Origin: Stegostoma tigrinum
Lineage: Eukaryota
Assembly (NCBI RefSeq): GCF_030684315.1
Contig: NC_081388.1
Coordinates: forward strand, 23,295,015-23,359,014
DNA length: 64,000 nucleotides
Reading direction: 5' to 3'
Positions within the stretch are counted from its first letter, which is position 1; each line of letters starts with the position of its first letter. Position numbers and translations under genes: made by a program. The notes under the pieces are model-generated. The model saw only the letters and a list, made by a program, of their open reading frames with translations, was not told the origin of the DNA and ran no database searches. Of the stretch, positions 13,301 to 26,100 are shown one piece after another.

Positions 13301-15960
13301 AGTTTCCAACAGCTATTTCATTCTGTGAGGGACAGAAATTGAGAAAGAGGGACATTGTTCAACTAAAACAAAAAGTGGTTCACACTGGGAACAGCTTACC
13401 ACATGTGGAAAAAGAAACCCAAGAGGATGGAAAAGAGGTGAAAGACCTCAGGTGTTTTCCGCAATGAGGTGGGACCCACAAAGACTGAACTAGTGGGATT
13501 AGTTGAGGTAGTGAAGGAAATCCCAAGAGAAGTCAAGCAGCTGCAGGAGAGGGTATAGCCTAGTCATGGGCTGCATAGTTAGATAGTGCCTGATCTTTTC
13601 AAAGACTTTATCTATGTGGGTAAGTTTTACTCAGGTCGAACAGTGGAGTAAGTAGAGAAGTTAAAATATTGAGAGATACGGAAGCTGGTCAGTCTCTAAC
13701 AGTAAGAGATGAAAATATTTGCACTCCTTCTGAAATATTGCCTGAGAGAGTGATAATCTGTGGAATAAATGGAGAGAGAATTAATATTCCCATAAGTGGG
13801 ATAAGGCTGGAAAGTCCAATCAAGAGTGAGGAAGTGACAGCAGGTGTGATTGAAAATTGGCTATTCCAGGAATACAGTTAATTCTTGGAAATAATATAGC
13901 TGGATCACAGGTGGAAAAGTCAAGAGAAAACCAGGGAAATGAGTATTTAGAAGGAAAATACTCTGGAATTTTTCTGGACTGTGTGGTGGCAAGATCCCAC
14001 AGCCAAAAGTTAAAACAAGGAAGGAAAACAAAAGAGAATGATGAAGGAGTTGAGGTCCAGTTAGCTGACACGCTGTTTGATGCATCAGTAAAGGATAAAC
14101 CTACATGAGCGGTTAGAGGATCAGGCAGAGGTTTTCATTTCTGAAAGATTAGTGGAATTATAATAAAAAGACAAGACAGTAAAAGATTTAGATCATAAAG
14201 CCTACCCGGAAAAGGAATAAGAATATATTCCAGAACGCTATTACCTTAAGGACAAAATCTTAAGGCAGAAATGGAGACCTTGGGAGGTTAGTCCAGATGA
14301 GAAGTGGGCGGAAGTTCACCAGATTGTGTTGCTGGTAGTGTACAGATAGAAAGTATTATGAGTAGCACATGAATTATAAGTAAAAGATTTAACAGCATCT
14401 TAGGTTTGTTTAGTAGATCTTCGTCAATGATCTTTCATCTATAAAATCAAAGTCTGATACTACCTCTCTCACTAACACCTGAAGAAGGACTGAGGCTCAA
14501 ATGAACTTGTTGGACAATAACTTGGTGTCATGTGATTTCTGACCTTATTTAGGGATGTCATAGATAGTTTAGGCATCAAACACTTTAAATAAAGGTTTAG
14601 TGGTCCCTTTCAGATTGAGAAGAAGTTAAGTCAGGTGAATTTTCTGGCAAAGATCCCAGATAGGGTAAAAGTTTATTAGGCATGTCATGTGAACGTGATG
14701 AAACATTGCTATGACAGGGAATGGGAACCAGAGAAACAGGTATTTGTTACTGCCACTCAGAGTGAGGAATCAAATCCAGATGATGGGGATTTTGATGTGC
14801 TTCAGAATAAATTGAATAATGACAAAGACATTAAGGAATGGAAAAAGGGTAGTAAGCTATATGAACCAGGAACAGAATTGAATTGAAGGACTTATTGCAA
14901 TACTATGAGGACATATGTAGAAATACAATAGGGAGAATTAATACAATAGCACATGAGGTTGACGTAGGTAATGTTGTTCCAATAAAACAACACTCTTACA
15001 GGCTTAATCTTCTCATAGCAGCACGGGTTCAGAAGGAAGTGGAAGCGATGCTCCAAGAAGATATCATAGAGCTGAGTCAAAATGAGTGGAGTGTGCCGAT
15101 CATGTTGATTCCCAAACCAGATGGTACTCAACAATTCTGTGTAGATTATCAGAAGGTCAATGCCATGACCAAATCAGACTCATACCCAATTCCAAGGCTG
15201 GAAAAAAATAGGACAAGCCGCTTACATCGCAAAGTTGGACTTACATCATCGTTACTAGCAAGTACCTTTGTCACAGAGAAGTTTCGACTTTAGTAAGCCC
15301 AAATGGGCTGTAACCATTTAAATTAATGCCCTTTGGAATGAAAAACTCACCAACCACTTTTCAAAGGTTTGTGAACAGAGTTGTTGCAGGATTGACCAAC
15401 TCTGCTGTATACAAAGATGACTTATTGACCTTTAGTCATTCATGGTAAGATCACATGGAGCATTTGGTAGCGTTCTTTGAGAGACTATGGGGAGCAAAGT
15501 TGGTCATGAGCTTGGCAAAAACAGAATTTGCAAAAGTGACATTCTTATGGCACAAAGTTGGAGATGGACAGATGATATCAAAGAATGTGAAGACAAGTAC
15601 CATCAAGGAATTTCCAAGACGATCCTCAAAGAAGGAAGTGCTATGATTTTTGGGACTGAGCGGATGCTGTAGTAATTTGTACTGAGCTTGAGTTGCATGG
15701 TGGCACTGTTGACAGATATGTTAGAATAGAACATGAAATTCGGTGGACAGAACAATGCCAGGAGGCATTTGAGAATTTAAAACCTATGTTAGCCACAACA
15801 GATTTTTTGAACCCCTTCAAAGTCACCCTTTACGCAGGCAACGTGGGCGTGTTGTTACAGGAGGATGATTGTGGAATGGAAAGGCCAATCAGTTACTTTT
15901 CAAGAAAACTCAATATCTACCGGGGGGAAAAAAATCCAACCGTTAAAAATAAATAATTAA
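10301..15960 (+). mobile_element. Decayed Gmr1-like Gypsy LTR retrotransposon (gag, PR, INT, RT, RNase H); 5' LTR 10301-12172; no 3' LTR seen
   Basis: TG..CA LTR followed by a degenerate tRNA-Pro PBS (TGGGGGTTCGT, 12176-); gag with ILLEEFKN; protease LRDT(E)A; integrase remnants at 14220-14720 (GPFQI..HVN) upstream of RT (PIKQHSYR, FCVDYQKVN) and RNase H (ERPISYFSRKL). Confidence 0.8.
11080..11950 (-). mobile_element. Young 5'-truncated CR1 (HER1-like) LINE inserted in the LTR
   Basis: Open 259-aa ORF2 C-terminus (WQMEFNADKCEVMHFG, RPHLEYCVQFWSP), 3' microsatellite tail. Confidence 0.92.
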
Positions 15961-16094
15961 ATAACGTGAACACTTGTCATAGTTTGCATTCCCATGTGAT
16001 TATTCAACAATGATTTCAAAGGAATATTTTCCTGATGTTGAAAGCAATTTCATACCAGCGGATTACTGTAAACTTTGTAAACATCAATTTCAAG

Positions 16095-16915
16095 GGGCAT
16101 GTTGGATGACTGGACAGTGGCTAATGTTGCGCCTTTGTTTTAGAAGGGATGTAAGGAGAAGCCTGGGAACTACAGACCTGTGAGTCTGACTTCAGTGATG
16201 GGTACATTGTTGCATGTGATTCCGAAAGATAGGATTTACAAGCATTTGGAGTGGCAAAGAATGATTAGGGATCATCAACATGGTTTTGTACGAGGGAAAT
16301 CACATCTGACAAACTTGATTTTTTTTGAGGAAGTAACCAAGAAGATTGATGAGGGCAGTTCAGTAGCCATTGTTTACTTGGACCTCAGTTAAGCCTTTTC
16401 CAAGGTTTCACAAGTAGGCTAATAAGTATAGTTAGATCAAATGAGATTCATGTTGAGCTTGCTAACTGGATACAAAATTGGCTTATTGGCAAGAGACAAA
16501 ATGATTTGATAGAGACTTGGTTTTTGGATTGGGGGCCTGTGACCAGAGGTGTCCCAGGCATCAGTGCTGGACCCACAGTTGTTTGTCATTTATATATGTG
16601 ATTTAGATGAGAATATATACAACCTGGTTAATAATTTACTGATGACATCAAGATTGGTGGTTTAGTGAAAAGTGAAGAAGATTATCTAAGGTTACAAAGA
16701 GATCTTGATCAATTGGGCCAATGGGCTGAAGAGTGTAGATGGAGTTTAATTTGGATAATTTTGAGGTTTTCAATTTTAGTAAAACAAACAAGGGCAGGAC
16801 TTATACAATTGAAAGTAGGGCCTTGGCTAGTGTTGTAGAACAGACGGACCTAGGCGTTCAGATACATAATTCATCGAAGATTGCATCACATACAGACAGG
16901 GTGGTTAAGAAGGCT
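16095..16915 (+). mobile_element. Decayed CR1 LINE fragment
   Basis: GNYRPVSLTS, QHGFVRGKSHLTNL. Confidence 0.8.
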
Positions 16916-17051
16916 GTTGATTTGTTTGCCGAGCTGGTAGATTAGTTTGCAGACGTTTCATCATCATGCCTAGTAACATCATCAGTGTGCCTCTGATGAA
17001 GTGATGTTGGTCTGCCCCGCTTCTTACTTAAGTGGTCAGGTCTGATGTGGT

Positions 17052-18643
17052 AACAAAGTGTGAAGCTGGATGAACACAGCAGGCCAAGCAGCATCTCAGG
17101 AGCACAAAAGCTGACGTTTCGGGCCTAGACCCTTCATCAGAGAGGGGGATGGGGTGAGGGTTCTGGAATAAATAGGGAGAGAGGGGGAGGCAGACCGAAG
17201 ATGGAGAGAAAACAAGATAGCTGGAGAGGAGAGTATAGGTGGGGAGGTAGGGAGGGGATAGGTCAGTCCAGGGAAGACGGACAGGTCAAAGAGGTGGGAT
17301 GAGGTTAGTAGGTAGGAGATGGAGGTGCGGCTTGAGGTGGGAGGAAGGGATGGGTGAGAGGAAGAACAGGTTAGGGAGGCAGAGACAGGCTGGGCTGGTT
17401 TTGGGATGCAATGGGGGGAGGGGATGAGCTGGGCTGGTTTTGGGATGCGGTGGGGAAAGAGGGGATTTTGAAGCTGGTGAAGTCCACATTGATACCATCG
17501 GGCTGCAGGGTTTCCAAGCGGAATATGAGTTGCTGTTCCTGCAACCTTCGGGTGGCATCATTGTGGCACTGCAGGAGGCCCATGATGGACATGTCATCTA
17601 AAGAATGGGAGGGGGAGTGGAAATGGTTCGCAACTGGGAGGTGCAGTTGTTTATTGCGAACCGAGTGGAGGTGTTCTGCAAAGCGGTCCCCAAGCCTCCG
17701 CTTGGTTTCCCCAATGTAGAGGAAGCCACACCGGGTACAGTGGATACAGTATACCACATTGGCAGATGTGCAGGTGAACCTCTGCTTAATATGGAAAGTC
17801 ATCTTGGGGCCTAGGATGGGGGTGAGGGAGGAAGTGTGGGGGCAAGTGTAGCACTTCCTGAGGTTACAGGGGAAGGTGCCAGGTGCGGTGGGGTTGGAAG
17901 GGAGTGTGGAGCGAACAAGGGGGTGGTGGGGTTGGAGGGCAGTGTGAAGCGAACAAGGGGGTGGTGGGGTTGGAGGGCAGTGTGGAGCGAACAAGGGAGT
18001 TGGTGGGGTTGGAGGGCAGTCCATGATGACATAGCCACCATGGGCCTCCTGCAGTGCCACAATGATGCCACCTGAAGGTTGCAGGAACAGCAACTCATAT
18101 TCCGCTTGGGAACCCTGCAGCCCAATGGTATCAATGTGGACTTCACCAGCTTCAAAATCTCCCCTTCCCCCACCGCATCCCAAAACCAGCCCAGTTCGTC
18201 TCCTCCCCCCACTGCACCACACAACCAGCCCAGCTTACCCCCTCCCCCCACTGCATCCCAAAACCAGCCCAGCCTGTCTCTGCCTCCCTAACCTGTTCTT
18301 CCTCTCACCCATCCCTTCCTCCCACCTCAGGCCACACCTCCATTTCCTACCTAATACCTCATCCCACCTCCTTGACGTGTCCGTCTTCCCTGGACTGACC
18401 TATCCCCTCCCTACCTCCCCACCTATACTCTACTCTCCACCTATCATGTTTTCTCTCCATCTTCGGTCCGCCTCCCCCTCTCTCCCTATTTATTCCAGTT
18501 CCCTCTCCCATCCCTCTCTCTGATGAAACGTCACCTTTTGTGCTCCAGAGATGCTGCTGGGCCTGCTATGTTCATCCAGCTTCACACTTTGTTATCTTGG
18601 ATTCTCCAGCATCTGCAGTTCCCATTATCTCTGATACAATCTT
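17052..18643. mobile_element. Fold-back Penelope-like element with GIY-YIG endonuclease C-terminus
   Basis: NVVYCIHCTRCGFLYIGETKRRLGDRFAEH in ORF 17371..18222; minus arm 17052-~18020, plus arm ~18037-18643; TSD AGGTCTGATGTGGT (17038-17051, 18644-18657). Confidence 0.88.
17887..18020. repeat. 38-bp unit repeated ~3.5 times at the fold-back junction
   Basis: GGTGGGGTTGGAGGGCAGTGTGGAGCGAACAAGGGGGT-like unit; single copy in the 28746-29776 element. Confidence 0.8.
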
Positions 18644-18794
18644 AGGTCTGATGTGGTGTTTGGCCTTATTTCTGGTTTTACTTTTTAGCAGTTGGTGGAG
18701 TTCCGGATTGAATACCAGGCCTCTAGAGATTTCCATGCATGTCTTTGGTTGGCTTGTTCTAGGTTACATTGTCCCAGCCAAATTGGTGGCTTTC

Positions 18795-19800
18795 GTAGAA
18801 CATAGAACAATACAGCGCAGAACAGGCCCTTCAGCCCTCGATGTTGCACCGACCTCTGAACTAATCTAAGCCCATCCCCTACACTATCCCATCATTATCC
18901 ATATGCTTATCCAAGGACTGTTTAAATGCCCCTAATGTGGCTGAGTTAACTACATTGGCAGGCAGGGTGTTCCACACCCTTACCACTCTCTGAGTAAAGA
19001 ACCTGCCTCTGACATCTGTCTTAAATCTATCACCCCTCAATTTGTAGCTATGACCCTTGTACAAGCTGACATCATCATCCTCGGAAAAAGACTCTCACTG
19101 TCCACCCTATCTAATCCTCTGATCATCTTGTATGTCTCTATTAAATCCCCTCTTAGCCTCCTTCTCTCCAATGAGAACAGACCCAAGTCCCTCAGCCTTT
19201 CTTCATAGGGCCTGCGCTCCAGACCAGGCAATATCCTGGTAAATCTCCTCTGCACCTTTTCCAAAGCTTCCACATCCTTCCTGTAATGGGGCGACTAGAA
19301 CTGCACACAATATTCCAAGTGAGGCCGCACTGGCGTTTTGTACAGTTGCAGCATGACATCACGGCTCCGGAACTCAATCCCTCTACCAATAAAACCTAAC
19401 ACACAGTAAGCCTTCTTAACAGCACTATCAACCTGTGTGGCAACTTTCAGGGATCTATGTACATGGACACCAAGATCCTTCTGCACATCCACACTACCAA
19501 GAATCTTTCCATTGACCCGGTATTCTGCCTTCCCATTATTCTTCCCAAAGTGAATCACCTCACATTTATCTGCATTGAACTCCATTTGCCACCTTTCAGC
19601 CCAATTCTGCAGTTTATCCAAGTCTCCCTGCAACCTGCAACATTCTTCCACACTGTCCACCATTCCACCGACTTTAGTGTCATCTGCAAACTTACTAACC
19701 CATCCACCTATGCCTGTGTCCAAGTCATTTATAAAAATAACAAACAGCAGTGGTCCCAAAACAGATCCTTGAGGCACACCACTAGTAACCGGCTGAATAT
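18795..19800 (-). mobile_element. 5'-truncated CR1 LINE
   Basis: VTSGVPQGSVLGPLLF, SKFADDTK, 3' tail. Confidence 0.92.
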
Positions 19801-21443
19801 TTTCCAACAACCACCACTCGTTGCCTTCTTTCTTTGTCTGAGTGTGTGGAAACTGTGATAGTTGGTCCCATCTCTTGGTAGCTAGTTGGTGCTCATGTAC
19901 CCTGATGGCTGGTTTTCTCCCAACCTGTCTGGTGCAGTGTCTGTGGCAGTCCTTACATGGAATTTTATATACAACGTTGGTCCTGTTAATTGTGGGTATT
20001 GGATCCTTATTCTTGTAGTTGTCGCAGTGTAGCTGTGGGTTTGTGTGCTACCATGATTCCTAGTGGTTAGAGTATCCTGATGGTCATCTCTGGTACATTT
20101 TTCATGCGTGGCAGGGTGAATGGTGTATCAGGATATGCTGTATATTTCTGTTGTTGTCTTTTAAGTGCCCGTGTTGAGAACCAGGTTTCCAGAAATTCCC
20201 TTGCGTGTCTGGTGCTTGCTTGTCCCAGTATAGTCACTTTGTCCCAGGTGAACTGATGGCCTTCATTGTCTGTGTATATGGAGACAAATGAATACTGGTC
20301 GCGTCTTTTCACTGCCTGCTGGTGTTTGTGTATTCTGGATGTCAGTTTCCTCTCTGTCCAATGTAATGTTTATTGCACTCGCTGCATGGTATTGTATATA
20401 TCATGTTGGTCTTGTGTAATGTCTTTAGTATTTGATAATATTTGGCACAGTGTTGCTTTGGGTTTGTGTGCAATCACGATCTTATACGGTCTAAGGAGTC
20501 CGGTAGTCATTTCTGATATATTTTCGATTGGGACAAAGTGACCATACTAGGACAAGTGAACAGCAGACATGCAAGGGAATTTCTGGAAGCCTGGTTCTCA
20601 ACATGGAACTCCATGAACAAACACATAAATAGACCCCTTATACAGACTACTGCTAAAACAGCAGAGCCAGAAGTGATGAGACCATCACACCAAGGGATCA
20701 TACAAATCTGGAAGGAAGCAGAACACCAATGCTTCAATTAGAGGTGGCACTGATGATGTTGCCTAGAAAGGTAACAAAATGTCTGCACACCACGGAACAA
20801 CTGGCTTGGAGAGCTAACGAATTATTGCATCCACAACCCATGCTACAAATAAATAACTTCCAAGGACTCTCCAAAGTGCAGTATTCTCAACTATTAACTG
20901 TATTTCAGGTTGTATTCTTTATCTTCCTTCATTATCCCAGCATCATGGACCTTTATTGATTACTTACTCATATATTTCTTGTCTCTCATTCAGCTTTAGA
21001 TCATTTATTCCTTTCTGCCATTGTTGTTCACTGTCTCCATTTGTCACATTAATTGTCTGAGATTCAATGATATCAGAAAATCAAAGCCATTGTCGTAAGC
21101 TGCTGTGATAATTCCCATTCCCTTTGCAGTCCTGTCTTTGAGCCTGAATAAACCTGCCCCTGACATTAGCCTTCTCTGCAAGCCTGTGTTGAATTTCTGA
21201 CCGCAATTATGTTTGCGATACTCAGACCACCCACTTCCACTGCAATAATATTGCGTGTCTCCAGCCTTGCCTCGACCCATTGACTTCTGAAACCCCCATG
21301 CCCGCACTTGTTATCTTGAAACTCGCCTTAACCTTCAAAACCCACTGCTCCAACTGGACTCTGCCAATTTTATAAATTTGCACCCTCTGTGAAATTAATT
21401 TCATCCAACTCTGATCTCCATAACCTAACACACACCCATTCTA

Positions 21444-21666
21444 GATAATAAAATGTGAGGCTGGATGAACACAGCAGGCCCACCAGCATCTCAGGAGCAC
21501 AAAAGCTGACGTTTCGGGCCTAGACCCTTCTTCAGAGAGCTGATGAAGGGTCTAGGCCCGAAACGTCAGCTTTTGTGCTCCTGAGATGCTGCTTGGCCTG
21601 CTGTGTTCATCCAGCCTCACATTTTATTATCTTGGATTCTCCAGCATCTGCAGTTCCCATTATCTC
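21444..21666. mobile_element. Short fold-back Penelope-like element
   Basis: Near-perfect hairpin with a 4-nt loop; TSD ACACACACCCATTCTA (21428-21443, 21667-21682). Confidence 0.85.
21540..21567 (+). ncRNA. Minimal hammerhead ribozyme motif (mirror copy at 21508-21535 on the minus strand)
   Basis: CTGATGAAGGGTCTAGGCCCGAAACGTC. Confidence 0.7.
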
Positions 21667-21872
21667 TCACACACCCATTCTATTTACCCACAATGCCTGT
21701 GCTTGCTGACCTGTCAGCCTCCAGTCAGGCATTTTCAAATTATCAGCTATATTTTCAGTCTTTCCTCCATTTCACCTCTTCTACTGTTTGTACTTTTTGT
21801 AACCATCTTCAGCCCTGCAAATTTATCAGAGTTCTGTACTGCTCCAATTCTGGTCCTTTGATTTCAAACAGG

Positions 21873-22115
21873 GTAAGTATTCCCCAGTATACCAGGGAGA
21901 GCTTGCCTGCTCCTCTTCAGAATTGAGCCACAGAACCTTTTACACCTATTTGAAAGAGAAAAAAGAACATCTGTTTAAAATCTCATCTAAAATACAGCTA
22001 CGCAGGCACTCCAAACCTCTTAACTACTGCATTGGACAGTCAGTTTTGACTTGTGTACGCAAAATATGAAATGGGACTTGAGCCCACACCCTTAACCGAG
22101 AGGCAAGCATGCTAG
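21873..22115 (-). mobile_element. Old DeuSINE (SacSINE1-like); duplicated copy at 54257-54500
   Basis: tRNA-like head GGCTCAAGTCCC and a Deu-like core (GATGAGAnnTTAAAC...GTAAAAG...GAAGAGGAGCAGG). Confidence 0.55.
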
Positions 22116-22374
22116 AAAGTGACACAAATTTTGGTCAACATTTATAGGCTTTAAGAGAGTCTCTAAGGAGAAGAGAGAGGCAAAGAATTTGGGAAGGAAT
22201 TCCGGAGGTTAGGGCCTAGGTTGCTGAAGGTGATGTTGCTAACAGTGACGGGACAATGATAATCAGAACACACAGCATACCCAAGGAAGTTTAGAGGGCT
22301 GCAGGACTTTATGGAGATACAGAGAGAAAAGGCCTGGAGGCATTTACATGTGATGTGAATTTTAAAATTGAGAA

Positions 22375-22515
22375 AAAAACCAAAAGAACTGCGGATGTTG
22401 TAAATCAGGTACAAAAACAAAGTTGCTGGAAAAGCTCAGCAGGCCTGGCAGCATCCGTGGAGGAGAAAACAGAGTTAATGTTTCAGGTCCGGTGACCCTT
22501 CCTCAGAACAGTGTT
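22375..22515 (-). mobile_element. Short Penelope-derived fragment with hammerhead-like core, present after gene A but absent from paralog B
   Basis: Reverse reads CTGAGGA AGGGTC ACCG GACCT GAAACATT; empty site at ~54745. Confidence 0.55.
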
Positions 22516-22971
22516 TGAAACTGAGATTTTGTTTCACATCTAATCTTCATTTCATATGTTTGGACAACTATAGTTTACAAAGATAATATTTATCCTATTA
22601 AAGCAAACAATCACAACAGATAAATTATTGTACAGAATAAACAGATCTTGTATCTTTGTGTCTGTTATTGTGAAACAAAGTTGTTTTGATAAACCTGTGA
22701 TGATATTAATGCTGAATCTAGTTACCGAAACACAGGTAACAATCCACAGTTTAAAAGAAAGTGATCAATACAGCATTTCAAGAGTAATCCAAAAAATGTT
22801 GAGAAATGTGAATAACAAGTTGTCATTACAATTACTACAGTAATTACTGCAAACAGATTTTAATACTACAATGAGCTGTACCTGGTGGAAACAAAATTGT
22901 CTGCAGGATCATCGGTATTTCTCCTCAGAAGATTGATCATACTAGTTTGTAATTGTTGTTGTGCTACCAAG

Positions 22972-23171
22972 TTATGGATGACGTTCCTCCAGAGGAACAT
23001 CTTCATGATGATCATTCCCATTGGGGATCTGTGCATTATTGTTGGGTTTTGCTTTGTCTAATTCGTACTGTCCTCTTTTACGGGCGTTGTTTTTCAAGTA
23101 CGAGGCCGTTGCTGCAGCTGTTATTAATACTGCTGCTATTCCTGCGATCAATAGTATTATCGATGTTAAAT
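22972..23171 (-). CDS. Gene A exon 7, transmembrane helix and cytoplasmic tail
   Basis: IILLIAGIAAVLITAAATASYL followed by KNNARKRGQYELDKAK, resembling VCAM1 KGSYSL and ICAM1 KKYRL tails; acceptor TTTTCATAG; TAA at 22972-22974. Confidence 0.88.
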
Positions 23172-26100
23172 CTATGAAAATATAGAATGAAAAGATACAC
23201 AAATCATCAACAGTCCAGGGAAATAGACTCATTGCAAAATGCCTGAATATTTCCAAAATCTAGTATCCAGTGTCTTTTATTTAGCTCTTTCCTGACTGTT
23301 TTCCATATTCTGTTCTTCACCTGTTTTCAGTCCTCCCACACTGCATGCCACTCCTTGGCAGTCTGCCTTCAATTCCTTGTCTGTTCTTGTTTACATTCTG
23401 CAGGAATTATACACAGGTAACTAAATTCAATGTAATGTTCCACACATATCGATAACAGAATTTCTTCCCAGCTGTTTGCAGAATTTCCAGAGTTTATAAT
23501 TCCTCTCTATCTCTTCCATTGCTGATAACACAACTAAATATCCTGTCTTTCTTTCAGTTTTCAACCCTAGCCATTCATTAGCATTTTCCCCAACACACTG
23601 ATTGAGCTGCTGTGTTTGCAGTACGTCCTGCTTGTGTTTCTATCTTTGTTTTTCCATGTTTCCCCCACCTCATTGTGAGAAGTGAGGCCCAGAGATGTGC
23701 ATTTCACCCACTGATCTGCTCCAATACTCTGCCCGATGGAGTGTGTCATGATTCGAACCATGGCCAGGGGATCTCATTGACTATGAGATTCTTCATTGTG
23801 GTTTTTAACTTTGTCCAATCAGGGAGCCCTGGCTGACACAAATATGCATGGGATTCAGAATCTCCTCATTTCAGGGACTGACTCTGAGCTGGCTGGCCAA
23901 GGCCAGGTTACTGTGCATGCATAAATATAAGGCTGACTAGGTGACAAGATTCCGGCCTCTGTGCGGTTACTTCAGTGGTGACAAGAACATGCCTGAACAA
24001 AATTCTTTTGCAGCAGTCATCGTGGGAGTTGGGGTAAGTATTTCTAACATTGTGCCTTTATTTGGGAAGCTTGACTTGTTTGATACTGCCGTTGAAAACT
24101 TGCCCCAGTATGTGGAAAGAATTTGATATTTTCTCTGGGCAAATGACATTGGGACAGATGAAAAACAATGAGTAATTCTTCTGACAGTTTGCAGACCCAC
24201 AGCATTTTCAGTTATTAAGGGCTTAACTTTCCGTGAGGCACCAGATACTAAAACCTTTCAAGAGCTGACAGATTTATTCAAGGAATATTACGACCCCAAG
24301 CCTACTCTAATTCTGAAATGCTATCAGTTTTACTTGGCTGTTACAGAACCCTGGATATCTGCATCATGATGTTTCATGATGTTAAGATGTCAGGCAGAGG
24401 CATGTAATTTTGGGTTCACCCTGGATGAGATGCTGAGAGACCATTTGTTATGTGGCATTAATGACATTATCCTGCAAAAGCAACTACTAGCAGAATCCCG
24501 AATGGACTTGCAACAGGCACTACACTGGCTTTGTCATTGGAAAACGTGGCAAGTGGAGCATGGGAGTTACAGGGCATCCCAATGGAACTGGATATCCTCC
24601 CCTGTCCAACTGATTTTGGGGAACACCACTTGTGTAGGCAATTGCAGAACCTCACGCAGTGTACCCTGGGTCAGCCCACAGCCAAACCCCACAACAAAGC
24701 TGAGCCTCAGCCAAGTGGCTAAAATGTTCTTCAGGATCTAGGCCGGCGAGCCATGGTAGTCGCTGCTGGTATGTGGATTCAAGACAGCAAAGGAGTCCTA
24801 CAAGGCCTGACTTGAGTAAGAAAACTCATAGGTCAGTATCGAGGGGAGTGCACACCTTGGGAAGATCCCCCTACACGGGGTTCGGAACAATTAAATTGCT
24901 TATCAACATGCAAATCAGAACCAATTATAATAAATGTCTGATTAAATGGTCACCCGGTTCTCATTGAGGTCAATATATCAGTGGTTACAGAACCAGTCTT
25001 TAACAAGGTTTGCTTTGGGCTCCAACCCTTAGATTTGTGCAAGACCTCGGCCAGACTGATAATGTACACTGGGGAACCGTTATAGATTAACGGTACCACT
25101 TATGTTCCGGTCCCCTATGAGAAGCAGTTGATGAAATTACTACTGATTGTAGTACAAGGCTTGAGTGCAAGCTTGTGTTGGGGCAGAATTGATTGGGAAA
25201 GATTCACCTTGGCTGGCTCAATAGTCTTCAATTAGAAAATGGCTGCCTCAGTGAAGTCATAGTGAAATAGCCAGGAGTTTTTCAGGAAGGACTTGGGACA
25301 ATCAAAGGGAACAAAGCCACTTTACATGTTGACAGGGAAGCAATTCCACAATCTGCAAGGGCTGCCCAGTGCCATTTGCAATGCGGGCAAAAATAGAGGG
25401 GGAAATCAGGAGGCTGGAGAGTGAAGGAATCATCAAACCAGTGCAGTTTGCAGAAAGGGCAGCACTGGTCACACCGATTGTAAAGCCTGATGGCTCAGTT
25501 TGCCTTTGTGGGAATTTTAAACAAATGGTAAACCATTTCTCATAGCTGGATAAATACCTGATCCCTTGCATAGAGTGATTGTACGTAAAACTGGGGTGGG
25601 GTCTGTGCCTTATGAAGCTGGACATGAGCAACGCCTACCTTCAGTTGTGATGAGATGAGGCTTCCCAGAAGTACGCTACAATTAATACCCATAAGGGTTT
25701 GTACCACTAAACGAGGTTGTCTATTGGGGTATCCTCAGCCTGCACCCTTTTCCAGCAGACCATGGAGAACATTTTACAAGGGTTACCCCGGGTTATAATT
25801 TATCTGGATGATGTACTGATAACAGGAAAGCCAAATAAAGAGCACCTGGAAAACTTGGACATAGTGCTTAAATGTTCCTCCCAGGCAAGCGTATGCCTTA
25901 GACAAGAAAATGTTGTCTATCAGGCACCCCAAGTGACCCAGCTGGGTTACAAAGTCAACAAAAGTTGGTTAAACCCTTTGGAAAATAAAGTGAGGGTGAT
26001 CAAATGTGCTGCAGCTCCCATGTCTGTACCAGGGCTTGGGTCTTTCCTGGGTTGCTGAATTACGACAAGAAATTCAGTTGTAACCTGGCGTCCACCTTCG

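Larger units (their letters stand above)
16916..20860 (-). mobile_element. Older, second Penelope-like family (decayed, composite), host to the 17052 element and a CR1
   Basis: NVVYKIPCKDC...EH and HAREFLE(A/T)WFS motifs; hammerhead-like cores at 16952-16985 (-) and ~20750-20783 (+); the last ~330 bp are inverted. Confidence 0.65.

Noticed and set aside
17286-18869. Many overlapping ORFs (e.g. ...SDEGSRPETSAFVLLRCC..., GGGDELGWFWDAVG...) recurring across the window
   Set aside because: Alternative-frame and antisense translations of the repeated Penelope 3' end, not host genes.
21444-21666. Short hairpins as MITEs/DNA transposons or pre-miRNAs
   Set aside because: TSDs are long and variable (10-16 bp), ends are asymmetric, inner junctions differ per copy, and the arms are the 3' end of a GIY-YIG retroelement.
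22859-22864. ATTAAA polyadenylation signal for gene A
   Set aside because: Plausible and shared with paralog B, but a hexamer in AT-rich DNA is not sufficient without 3' end data.
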